64,000 nt of DNA from Piromyces finnis finn. Lineage: Eukaryota > Fungi > Neocallimastigomycota. The notes under the pieces were generated by a model, which was given only the letters and a program-made list of their open reading frames with translations, ran no database searches and was not told the origin of the DNA. Numbering within the stretch: position 1 is the stretch's first letter; the number at the start of each line of letters is the position of its first letter. This document shows positions 1 through 12,805 of the stretch, piece by piece. The translations under genes were made by a program, and so were the position numbers. The DNA lies in NCBI GenBank assembly GCA_002104945.1, contig MCFH01000007.1, forward strand, positions 1 to 64,000. The letters run 5' to 3'.

Positions 1-132
1 TGATTTTACATTAAATAATAATAAAATTAATTTCAAATTTCGAAATATAAATTTTAAGGTGCCAATTTTGATTTTGTTCAGGTTTTCCTTAAAAATTATT
101 AATATTACAAAATAAAAAAATAAAGAAGACAA

Positions 133-754
133 TTATTTATTAAAACTTACTTTATTATTAGTTTTTTCTTCTAAATAAGATTTTCCATTTTTACTTAAAT
201 TACTGTCTTCTTCATCTTCATTATTATCACTTTCGCTTAAGTACATATTCCAATGAGAATTTCTTTTTTCAACATAATTATCTTTCTCTTCAACCCATTT
301 TTGTGGATCTTTTGTTTTATCCCTTTTAAAATAAGAATCGATTGTTCTATTTCCCGAGTTTTGATATTTTTCATCATAATTTCCATAATTTAATATAGAT
401 TTTAGTTTTTTTTTCTCTTCTAGTAATGGTATAATTTTAGTATTACATTCTTGTACATGTGCTCTACAATTTGAAGGATTTGTTGATTCTAAATAAATTC
501 GTAGAACACTTTGTTTGTAATTACATATTTTACAACTAAATTTTCTTTTTTTATTTTCCTTTTATTATTTAATTAGATGTATTAATTTTAAAAATTTAAA
601 TTTATTAAACATTCAAACATTATTTTTAAGTTTCAAAATCTAATTCTGGAATTCATAAGTATTAGATAAATCTTTTCTTAATAATCATAAATATTACCTG
701 TTGAACTTGAAATATATTACAATTACAACATCTAACTACTAAAAAATTAGGCAT
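133..754 (-). CDS. MRNIP: MRN complex-interacting protein (MRNIP/UPF0544)-like; 2 exons seen (754-698, 558-~133); 3' end uncertain
   Basis: Manual translation: MPNFLVVRCCNCNIFQVQQ | ENKKRKFSCKICNYKQSVLRIYLESTNPSNCRAHVQECN matches the MRNIP N-terminal pattern (V.RC..C..FQV.Q...K..CK.C..KQS...Y......CR.HVQ..N). GT-AG intron 697-559 keeps the frame. It ends at a TAA at 133 or splices at a GTAAGT donor at 150. Not in the ORF track. Confidence 0.8.
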
Positions 755-2045
755 TCATGTATATAATTTTTATTTATTTAAAAAATAAAATAAAATATAT
801 TTTTCTAACGAATTTTTGATTTTTTTTTTTAAATTTTTTTTAATAATTTGTGTAAATCTTAAATATTAAGAAATTTATATAATAATTTGTAAAAAAAAAA
901 TTAAGAAATGTAGTTTAATTATAATTATTTATACTTTTATTGCAATTTATTAAGTTATTATATATTCATTAATTTATATTTGAGAGAAAATAATTACTAT
1001 TATAATTATTCTTTTATGCTATTGGTTGTGTTTTATTGTTTCTTCAGCATCTTCATTCTTATTTGTTATCTTAAGGAATTTGACCATTAATACTGGCAAA
1101 AAAAAAAGAAATAATTTTGGTAAGAAAATATTCTTTATTAATATCATTTAAAAAGATTATAGTAACAAATTAACAATCAAATGTTATTTGAGGACTGTAA
1201 TGCTTTAAATGAATAATTTATCTATTATTATTCATCAAAATTTTCCAAGTTTACTATAAGCAACAAGAACAACCAAATAAAAATAACAAGCAATAAATAA
1301 TTATAATAAGAAAATCTTTTTTCAGATTGTTAATATTGTTAATTTGTTAATATTATTATCAATTTTAATTTTTAATATATATTAAATTACCAAATTTATA
1401 ATATCATAGTACTTTTTAATAAGGAGTATAAATTTTTTAAATATAAACTTTTTAATTATTATATATGATTTTATTTATTTGTATATTAAATATGAATTAT
1501 AATATATTCATGTATTTTACACTTTTGAAATTTTGATACGTCGTTTATGATTCTTTAATGTATAATAATGTAACACATTACATTACATTAACCGTTATTT
1601 TAAAAGATGTAATATATTATTCAATTATTGATGTATTAAACATTAAATATATAATGAAGAAATAAATTATAAACAAAAATTTATAATTTATAGTATATAA
1701 AAAATAAAACTTTTAGTATAATTTAAATTTATTATTTTTTATTATACATAATTTTTTTATTTACTTTTTTTTTTTTACTAACATTTTGTAAAAAAAAAAA
1801 TAAATATATATATATAAAAAAAAAAACAAAATAAAAAACAATATAATTAAAAATAAATAATAGAAAAATAAGGTTGAATAAATAAATAAAACAATATTTA
1901 ATATAATCTGAATATTTATATAAATCATATTAAAATATTCTGTTAGTTACAATAGATAAAACCTTCAAATAAACAATACAAATACTATACAAAATTTATA
2001 AAGTAAACAATATTAAAGAAACAAGAAAGGAAGAATTATTAAAGA

Positions 2046-5000
2046 ATGTCAGATCCTTGCTATACACTTATCCAACAAGATGACGATAAAGAACAATTAT
2101 CGGTACAGGATTTAAAGAAAGCCTTGGAACATGGAAAAGATGAACAAAAAATTCAAACTATGAAAAAGATTATTACTCTTATGATAAATGGAGATCCATG
2201 TCCACAATTACTTATGCATGTTATTCGTTTTGTTACACCATCAAGAGATAAGAGATTAAAAAAATTATTACTTAATTACTGGGAAATATGTCCAAAAACT
2301 AATCCAGATGGCAAACTTAAACAAGAAATGATTCTTGTTTGGTAATTATTAAATTTTATATAGCATATTCATATAATTATAGAGTAAAAGAAAAAATGTC
2401 AATTAAATTTAATAAATATATGATGTAAACAAGAGTGTCAAACATTAATTATTTTTACTAAAAAACATAACAACATAATATTTATGATGTAATAATAAGA
2501 ATTGGAATATCTTTTATAGTTATGAAGAAAATATTCCTTTATGTTATTGGAATAAAAATAGCATATTTTTAAAATAAAATATTAATATTTATATGTTTTT
2601 ATTTTATAAATATAGTAATTACTATAAGAATGATCTTCAACATCCAAATGAATTTATTAGAGGATCGACTTTAAGATTCTTATGTAAACTTCGTGAACCA
2701 GAATTATTAGAACCACTTATTCCATCTGTTAGAGATTGTCTTGTAAATTATCAATAATATATTTCGAAACAACTATAGAAAATTTTTATTATAATAAAAT
2801 AACCGATTTAAATTTATAATAATAAAATTTTACTAATAATATTAATTATTATAAAATATAAAAAATAAAAAAGAATCACAAATATGCCTATGTTAGAAAA
2901 AATGCAATTTTTGCTATATATTCTATATACAAAAACTTCCCAAATCTTATTCCAGATGCTACTGAATTAATTTCAAATGTTCTTATTGTTGTAAGTACAT
3001 TTATTATGTTGTATTTTTATTTATTTATATAATATGATATTTGATATTTTCAAAACAAAAACATTACAATTTTAGAAATTGAAAAAACCAAAAGATAAAC
3101 AAAAATATTAATAATAATTATTGTAATAATAGGAAACTGATATGAGTTGTAAGAGAAATGCTTTAGTTACTTTAGCTAACATTTCTCTTCCATTAGCTTC
3201 TGAATATTTAAATTCTGTATGGAGTCAAATTGATAGTTTTGATGAATCTATGCAATTAGCAGTTATAGAAATTATTATGAAGGATTGTAGAAATCCAACT
3301 GCAAACAAGGTAATATTTTAAATGAACAATAAAACAATAATTTCGAGACGTATTTCAGTTGTTTATTAAAAAAAAATAATCATTATTGTACCAATTCAAT
3401 ATTATAATATTAATATTTAAAATTGATAAATTATGATATGTAAACAATATTTAAAGTAAAAATTATAGTATTAAAAATCAAAAATATTAAATATATATTA
3501 ATATTTTTTTAAAAAAAACAGAGTAAATACATTCAATGCATTTTTTCATTACTTCAATCAAATTATGCTTCAGTTAAATATGATGCAGCTACCACTTTAG
3601 TTACTCTTTCATCACATGAAACTGCTGTTAAAGGTATAAAATCAATTTTGAAAATCTTTATTTACAATAATGATTATTTAAAGAACATTGATATATTATT
3701 AATTATATTTACTATTAATAGCTGCTGCTTCATGTTACATTTCATTAATTATGAAGGTTCCAGACAATAATGTTAAATTAATTGTTTTGAATAAATTAAA
3801 TGAACTTCGTGAAAAGCATGGTAGAATTATTGATGGTATGACTATGGATATTTTATGTGTCCTCTCTAGGTAAATTTTAATATTATAAAATAAAATATAG
3901 TTAAATATATTTATATAATATCTTTTAACACTAATCAATGAAAATTTTTATTTAAATATAATTTATATTTAAACAGTCCAGATATTGAAGTTCGTAGAAA
4001 GTGTATCGATATTGCTCTTGAAATGGTAACAAGTAGAAATGTAGATGAAGTTGTTTCATTCTTAAAGAAAGAACTTGTTAAGACTCATGATCAAGAATAT
4101 GAAAGAGTAAATATTACATTTAAAAATATTTGATGATAATAACAATAAATATAATATAAATTAAAATTCAATTAATAATATATAAAAATTTTTATATTAT
4201 TAACATTAAAATGCCTTTATTAGAATACTGAATATCGTCAACTTCTTATTCATGCAATTCATACTTGTGCAATTAAATTCCATGAAGTTGCTGCAAATGT
4301 TGTTTATGTATTAATGGAATTCTTAGGTGATGCTCATAATGCTTCAGCTGTTGATGTTATTGCTTTTGTAAAGTAAGTTTTATCAATTATTTATTTTTTT
4401 TGAAAAAAAGGTAATTTTATTTTAAAATACAATAAATAAAATTTATTATAAATTAAAGGGAAGTTCTTGAAAAGATTCCAGAATTACGTTCTAAGATTGT
4501 TAAAAAATTAATGGAATCATTCATGGAAATGAAGACTGGAAGAGTTTTTAGAGGTGCTTTATGGATTATTGGTGAATACTGTTTAACAGTTGAAGATATT
4601 GAAGCAGCAATGAACGAAATTAGAAACACTTTAGGTGATTTACCATTACTCGCCTCAGAACAAGTAAATATATTTTAATTATGTATTTTTATATAGTATC
4701 ATTACATATAAGTATAGAAATGTAGAAATGTCAATTTTATTTATTTATTTGTACAAATATAACTAATAACTACTATATATAAATGATATAAACAGAGAAG
4801 TTATGAAAATGAATTAGAAAGCAATGAAAATAAAGATGGTGAAGAAAAGAAGTCAGCTCAACCACGTGTTCTTGCTGACGGTACATATGCTACTGAAAGT
4901 GCCTTTAGTACTTATACCTCTATTAAGAAAGATAACAAACAAAGACCTCCAATTAGAGCTTTATTATTAAAAAGTGACTTTTATTTAGGATCTGTCTTAG

Positions 5001-6895
5001 CTTCAACTCTTACTAAAATAGTTTTAAGATATGAAGAATTATGTTCAGATGCTGAAAAAATCAACTCCTTAAAATCTGAAGTAAATATTATTAAAATATC
5101 TTTTTATTTAATAAAATAATGATAAAATTAAAATATATTTTAATGTCATAATAATTATTTCTTTAGGCTATGTTAATTATGACTGGTATTGTAAATCTTG
5201 GTCGTTCTAAATTTGTTAATTCTATCATTGATGAAGATTCTGTTGAACGTATTATGACTTGTCTACGTACTTTAGCTACCAGTCCAGAAGACAAATTATT
5301 AAAGGATGCTTTCTTAACAGATAGTAGAAGTGCATACTCTCAATTAGTTCGTAATCAAGATGTATGTATAGTAAATAATAATTTAAATTATTTAATATAT
5401 ATTTATAAAATAAGGATTAATAAATATATATATATAATTATATTAAATTAAATTAAATAAATAAACAGAAAAAGGCTGCTCAAGAGAAGGAATTAAATAA
5501 GAAAAATCATGCTATTCAAGTTGATGATGTTATTAACTTTAGCTTATTAAAATCCAAGAAGAATGTTCAATCTGAAAACGATGAAGTAATAAATAAATTA
5601 AAATATAAAAAAAAAAATAATATTTAATATAATAAATTTGAAAGCAAATAGTACAAATTTTGGTATGGATTGTTATGCTAATAATATAATAATTTTTAAT
5701 AAAAGATTGAATCAGATCTTACTCGTGCTACTGGCTCTTCAAGTAAGACTACTAAGGTTACTTCCCAATTAAGCAGAGTTATGCAATTAACAGGTTTTTC
5801 TGATCCAGTTTATGCTGAAGCCTATGTTAATGTTCATCAATATAATATTTTACTTGGTAATTCATTAAACTATTATTATAAAATTAGAAACAAAACTTGA
5901 ATGAATAAATATATGAGCAATATGAAACATTGACACATATATTATTAATAAATTTAGATATTCTTATTGTCAACCAAACTAGTGAAACTCTTCAAAACCT
6001 TACTTTAGAATTTTCTACACTTGGTGATCTTAAATTACTTGAAACCCCAGTTCCACATACTTTAAGACCTCACGGTTTCCATACTGTTAAGGCTAATATT
6101 AAGGTTTCATCCACTGAAACTGGTGTTATATTCGGTAACATTGTATATGATGGTCCAGGTGCTTTAGATACTTCATGTGTTATTCTTAACGATATTCATA
6201 TTGATATTATGGATTATATAAAACCAGCTTATTGTACTGAAACTAAGGTATTTTAAATAAATTGTTTTTATTAATAATATATTATCTCTTTTTTTCATAA
6301 TATTTAATAATCCAATTATTATGTATTATAAATATATTGATTTTAGTTCCGTTCTATGTGGACTGAATTTGAATGGGAAAACAAGGTTAATGTTAATACT
6401 AATATAACGTGAGTATATTAATTTTTATTAGTTAAAATGCAAATGTTGAAAATATATTATTCTAAAATATAATTTTATTTTAATAACTTTAATTTAGTGA
6501 TTTAAGACAATATATAAATCATATTATGAAAACAACAAATATGGCCTGTCTTACTCCAGAACACGCATTATCTGGAGAATGTGGTTTCTTAGGTGCTAAT
6601 ATGTACGCTAGAAGTATATTTGGTGAAGATGCTTTAGCTAATATTTGTTTAGAAAAACAAGGTGACTCAATTGCTGGACATATTCGTATTCGTAGTAAAA
6701 CTCAAGGTATTGCCCTTAGTCTTGGTGATAAGGTAATATATTAAAAGATAACTAAAGTTTTAATATAATTTATCTTACATTTATTAAAATATAATTAAAA
6801 CAAAAAAATAATGTTTCAATACTAAAATATCTTAATAATATTAAAAATATAAATATACATAGATAACATTAAATCAAAAAATTCTTAAAAATTAA
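2046..6895 (+). CDS. COPB1: Coatomer subunit beta (COPI), multi-exon
   Basis: Motifs [91 protein letters not shown]. All joins are GT-AG and in frame; last exon [10 protein letters not shown] ends at 6895. Yeast ortholog SEC26. Confidence 0.96.
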
Positions 6896-7711
6896 TGGGA
6901 TAAAATAATAGATTTCGCTAAGCAAAAGAAGGAAAAATATATTTTATTTTTTCTTGTTAATTTCATAAAGATTATACATTTATTCATTTTTTAATAATTC
7001 TTTTACTCCATAATATTATTCATTAATAATAATAATAATAATAGTATATATATATATAAATAATAACAAAAAAAAAAAAAAAAAAAAAAAAGAATAAAGA
7101 AATAACTAACTAAATAAATAAATAAATAAATAATTAAAATATTAAAAATTAAAACTGAAATAAAATTATAATAAAAAAAATAAAAAATTAAAAAAATAAT
7201 AAAAAATAAAAAAATAAAAATATTTAAAAGAATTTATATATTTTTTATTTTATTTTATATAATTAAAGAAATTATGATAATCAATAACAATAAGACAAAG
7301 ATAAAATATATAAAACAAATAAACTAACAATAAAAAAAATATAAAATCACAAACATAAGAAAATTTCTTTTTTAATTATATATAAATATTTAAATGCATT
7401 ATTTATTTACTTAAAAAAAAATTAATATAGACTTTTTTTTTTCTCTCTTTTTTTTTTTTTTTTAATTATTACTTTTAATATTTATTTTATTAATACTTAG
7501 GTATAAATCAAATATATATATATATCCAAATTTTAAAACATTTTTAAAATTCTATTACAAACTTATACTATTGATAATACTATTTATTTATTTATTTATT
7601 TTTTTTTTTTTTTTTTTTACTTATAATCAATATATATACTGAGTATATATTGATAAGTGAAATTGATGTTACATTCTGTATATAAACAATATTAATTTTT
7701 GATAATTTCAT

Positions 7712-9858
7712 TTAAAAAATATCATCTGTGGATTGATTTTCAACTTGAGCTTCTGATTCTGTTGATTTCTTAACTTTTTCTCCATTTTCTATTTTTTCTT
7801 GTTGAATTAAATAATCAGGTCTTTCATCTAATTTAACGATGCCTTCACTATTTAAGAAATATTGAATTTCCCAGCTGTGTGAATCAACGCATTTTAGCCA
7901 TTCAATGAAACTATGTTTTAAAAAATGTTATATAAAAAAATTAATAAGTTTTAAAATTATATTTATATATTATGGATTTTTATATCAATTTATATTGCAT
8001 ACCAATTAGAATTATGTTCCTCTTCTACAATTTTTGAATATACATATTTTTCTCTAAATGGTTCAATTTTATCCTAAATATATATACATATATTAACATA
8101 TTAACAACAATATTGAAATAATACGTATTTACATATTAAATGATTGATTACCTTATATGGTTCAAAGGTAATTGGTTTATTATTTGGAAAACGTTTAGAG
8201 TAAGATTGTATAACTACTTGATCGAGCCATAAACCATCCCCTGGAACCTTTGGTATATTCATTTTTATTTTAGTGAATGCAGTAGAAATTAAATCAATAG
8301 TAGTTTCAGTTCTTAATAACATTACTACAAAACCAATCATTTTTCTAATTTGATGAATCATAAAGGCTTGTCCTTGAATTTTTAAACTCAACCATTCAAC
8401 ACCATTACGTATGAATGGATCACTACACTATTATTATTAATGATATAAAATAATAATTAATAATAAAATATAAAGTATAGTATTAATTTCTATTATTAAG
8501 TTTTAAAATAAAATGTTATATGTACCTTAAAACTTATAATATAACGAGTACTACTTTCTTCTTCAAATTTTTTTCCTACAGTGAAATTATGATAATTATG
8601 TGAACCGACATACATTTCTAAAGCTTTGCGGAAAGTTTCTAATTTTTCTTCGGATATTCTAAAATCTCTAAATTTCTGTATTTCTTCTTCAGTATATGGT
8701 GGTATTTCAACAGGTTCATTATTATTTACCTTTCTTACGAAATTTTCCTTATTTTGTAAATCTTTTGCAATTCCTGAATTTGGGTAATAAATTGGATTAG
8801 CTGGCATTAAACAGTAACTTGGGAGTAAATATTCATAAATTCTTGAATCAGCAGCATTTTTAGCATGAAAAGAATTAGATGTTCTTATAAAATCTTTTTT
8901 TTTTTTTTTTTTAATATAAAATATTAAATGATATTGTTATTGTATTGTATATTATTTTTTTTTTATATTATTGTTATAAAAAAAATTGTAGTTATAATTT
9001 TAATATGTTTAACATATTTTTATAATAATGGATACATAAAGAAAATCAAAAACAGAGAACTTTATTAGTGAAAACAAAATATCACATAAGATTTTATTTA
9101 TTATTATTATTACCCCAAACCCTAATTTGTTCTGGAAGTACAGCATTTATTTTATCGACAATATTTTCATCTTCAATAATAAATTTACCAGAAATGACTT
9201 GTCCAATTGCATGAACACCTTTATCAGTACGAGCTGCTCTTACAAAACTAATCTATTATATTTAATTTATAAATAATTCACAAATTTATAAATATACATT
9301 ATAATTATATTAGTATTATTAATACATCTATTTAATTTTATTAATATATATGTTACTTTTTTTGGATCTTCAGCATTATCTTTTGAAACAGCTTTAGCTT
9401 CAACCAAAGCTTTCCAGAGATCTCCCTCAATAGTTTTTGCCCCAGGATTACTAATGATTATTTAATAATTTGTAATTATTTAGTATTTTTAATTGCATTT
9501 TGTAATTATTAAAATTTTTTATCTTTTATTTTTTTTTTTTTCATTTTTTTTAAAAAAATGTTGATATATACATTTGCATTCCTTGATATCCTGTACCACA
9601 GAAACCCATTAAAAGTGCACATTTTTTCTTTGGTCTTCTTTTTTCTACAACTTCATCTTCTTTTCTTTCTTTTGGTGCCCATGGTTTTCTAGTAGTTTGC
9701 TTTTTTATTTTTTTTAAATCTTTTTTATTATCAACATTAGACTCATTACTATTTTCAACTTCATTTAATTTTCTCTTTCCATTATTGTCATCAATTATTT
9801 GTTCAGTTAGGATTTTTTTACTTTCTTCCACAATTGGTACTTCTTTATTATTATCCAT
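7712..9858 (-). CDS. PUS1: tRNA pseudouridine synthase 1 (TruA family), multi-exon
   Basis: KKCALLMGFCGTGYQGMQINPGAKTIEGDL, FVRAARTDKGVHA (catalytic Asp), DSRIYEYLLP, GSHNYHNFT, IQGQAFMIHQIRKMIG, IPKVPGDGLWL; stop TAA at 7714-7712. Confidence 0.93.
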
Positions 9859-10252
9859 TTTCGTAATTCTATAATTATTGATATGTTTAAGTTTTTATTA
9901 AAAAAAAAATAAGATTTCAAATATAATTAATATACCAATCATATTAGTTTTTATAATGAAGATTTGTTTAATCATATGATATACACATGATATATCATTG
10001 ATTACCAATAAAATAATGTAATAATACCATATTTATATATTTTCTATAATTAGTAAATTTTTTTTTATAATTTTAAAAATAATTAAAATTAATTTAAAAA
10101 ATAAATTTTCCAACATACAATATAACATAATTATTATTTATTAATTGTAGAAGAAAAATTGTGTTAGAAAAAACTATTAGTATTCATCGAAAATAATAAA
10201 TAAAATAAATTAAATATACTATATTCTCGGTAATTTAATAGTTATAATAAAA

Positions 10253-10586
10253 ATGGCATCATATAATTCTAAAAAATTTGACATTTATGGTTCAGTTAAA
10301 AGTATTATATATCAACAAGCAAAAATCATATCTCAAGTAATATTATTTTATAAATTAATAAAAATATGTATTCCATAAAAATTAAAATATAATATTTATT
10401 AATGATAATTATATTATATTTATATAATAAATATTGTATTATTATTAGTTTTTGGATGAAAGAAAATGTGGAGATATTGCAAAACTTCATCCTATGGATC
10501 CATTTGAATTTTCAGAATATAAAATAAACCTTAAAAAAGTGATTAATAATAATTTATAATAATTCTTTTTACGTAGTTATAATGTA

Positions 10587-10626
<40 letters not shown>

Positions 10627-12041
10627 TAACTATTTGTAATAATGATAATAACAAAATATAGGAAGGAAAAATTAATAGTACTGAACAATCTTTAATAGTT
10701 ATATTAAATTCACATGATATTTTATCATTTAATGAATATTTGAAATGGATTACTCAGAATACTGATTTTAAAGGAGATTTCCCCGAAGAACATGAATTAC
10801 AAATCCTAGCTGATAAAGAAACAGATATTTTTTTAGTGGAGCTACAGAAAAAAGTATTTTTTTTTTTTTAATTTATTATAAATAAATATATAATAATTAA
10901 GATTCATATATTTATCAAATACTTTTCTAATTAATGTATTTTTTTGTTTGAAATATTAGCATCCGTTAATATATTTAAATATTTCAATTGAAGATAGACC
11001 AGCTGGGCAATTCGTGATCAAAGTAAAAATAAAATATTTGAATTATATTTAAAAATTTTCAAATTGTAATATTTAATTAATATATAATATATAGTTATTT
11101 CAAAACAAATGTCCAAAAACCTGTAAATGGTTTTATAGTTTTTTTAGTAGTAATTCGAGAATATCATATAATGGTGTAAAATTTGAACGCATGGTTCACA
11201 ATGGATGGATACAAAGTGGAGGTAAATCTAATTTTTTTTTTTTCTCTTAAAAGAAAAGAATGCAACAAAAATTAAATACCTCATAAATTAATATTTTATA
11301 TTTTTTAATTTAATAATTAATTACAGAATTTCAACAAGATGGAATTAGAATAATTGATAGTATTCCAAGTATGAATAAAATTCTTTTAATAATCAAATAA
11401 AAATTAAAAATATAAAAAAAAAAGATATTAAAGTCATTTCTTATATAATTAAGTTGAAAATTTCGTAATCAAACATTCAACAAGAGGTATAGTTTCAATT
11501 TGTAATTTAGGTCCACCATGTCCAACTGGAAATAGTTCACCAGTAAATACTTTTTTTAATAATATTATTATAATTATAACCATTTATATTTATATTTAAT
11601 AAAAATTTCTTAATACATATTAAAATTATTTTAATATGAATTATATAATTATTGTATATATTTAAATAATAGTTTATGATTCAATTTAAAGAAAATCCAT
11701 TCTTTAACAAAAAATATGTTGCATTTGGAAAATTAGTTTTAGGGGATTCATTATTGGATCAAATTGAAAAAATACCAACAAAATATGAAAGACCAATTAA
11801 TGAAATTAGAATAACAAATGCTGGTATATGGCAAAGCTACAATCAAGCAAATAAACCCCCAGAATATCAAGAATTTATTGATGAAGTTAAACCAGAGGTT
11901 TTAGATAAATGGTTTATTAAAACAAATGAATCAATGAAATACACAAAACATTATGAAGAACAATTAGAAGAACAAAGAAAATTAAAAAATCAACAATCAA
12001 ATAATGATGAAGAAGAATCTTTAATTATTGAATATCTATAA
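10253..12041 (+). CDS. PPIL6: PPIL6-like cyclophilin (probably catalytically impaired; radial-spoke-associated family), multi-exon
   Basis: N-terminal extension followed by a cyclophilin fold: IYLNISIEDRPAGQFVIKLFQNKCPKTCKWF, FERMVHNGWIQSG, ENFVIKHSTRGIVSICNLGP, FMIQFKENPFFNKKYVAFGKLVLG. The GWIQ-G motif and the long N-terminus are PPIL6-like. Confidence 0.75.
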
Positions 12042-12805
12042 TAATTAAAGACATTAAAATTTGTTAAATATATATTTTTAATTTTAAATTAATATAGATA
12101 CCAATTATTTTATGAATATTTAATAATAATTTTTATTTAATTCACTATATATATATATTTTTTTCTTCCTTTAAATATCAAGAGTGTATATAATAAAAAA
12201 ACATTATTTTATAAATAAATATATACATCGTTAATCAAAATGTTAAATAATATTATTATATGTTATTACTTTAGGAAACATTGTTTTAATTAAAAATATT
12301 ATTATTTTATTTTTTAATAAAGTTATCTTTTTATTTAACAAATTAGAGTATTATAGAAAATTGATAAAAAAAGTACATAATAAAATTATTAAATAAAATT
12401 TAATGTTTAATAAAATTAGAAATTTTGAAATAAATGTTATAATAGAATATTAAATATTTATTTTAATATTGAAATATAATATAATTGTTAATACATCAAT
12501 TTATTTATCTAATTTATAAATAATAAGAGAAAAAAAAAAAAAGGAAAATTATTTTACATTTTAATTAAAATAATTTAAAAAAAATTCATCACCAAAAATA
12601 TAAAAATATAATTATTTAAAAAAGTTTTCTTATTATATAATATATATTATAAAAAAAATATATTATACATATCGTATATATTATACCTATTTAAAGATAT
12701 ATTTTAACCAATCATATTTCAAAATATTTTTTCTATAGTGATTAATATTGTTAAATTTTTAGTTAATTTTTTCAGTAAAAATTATATCAAATAATAAATA
12801 TCATC

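Noticed and set aside
1015-1300. Slightly GC-richer patches between MRNIP and COPB1 (22-24 codon mini-ORFs on either strand)
   Set aside because: Too short, no recognisable motif, and no coherent splice model.
7626-7654. 11-bp hairpin downstream of the PUS1 stop; similar short IRs at 28337-28352 and 58245-58280
   Set aside because: Mostly A/T arms that are expected by chance at this composition.
10223-10234. ATTCTCGGTAAT, X-box (RFX)-like, upstream of PPIL6
   Set aside because: Several mismatches to GTTRCC..GGYAAC and no counterpart upstream of CFAP119.
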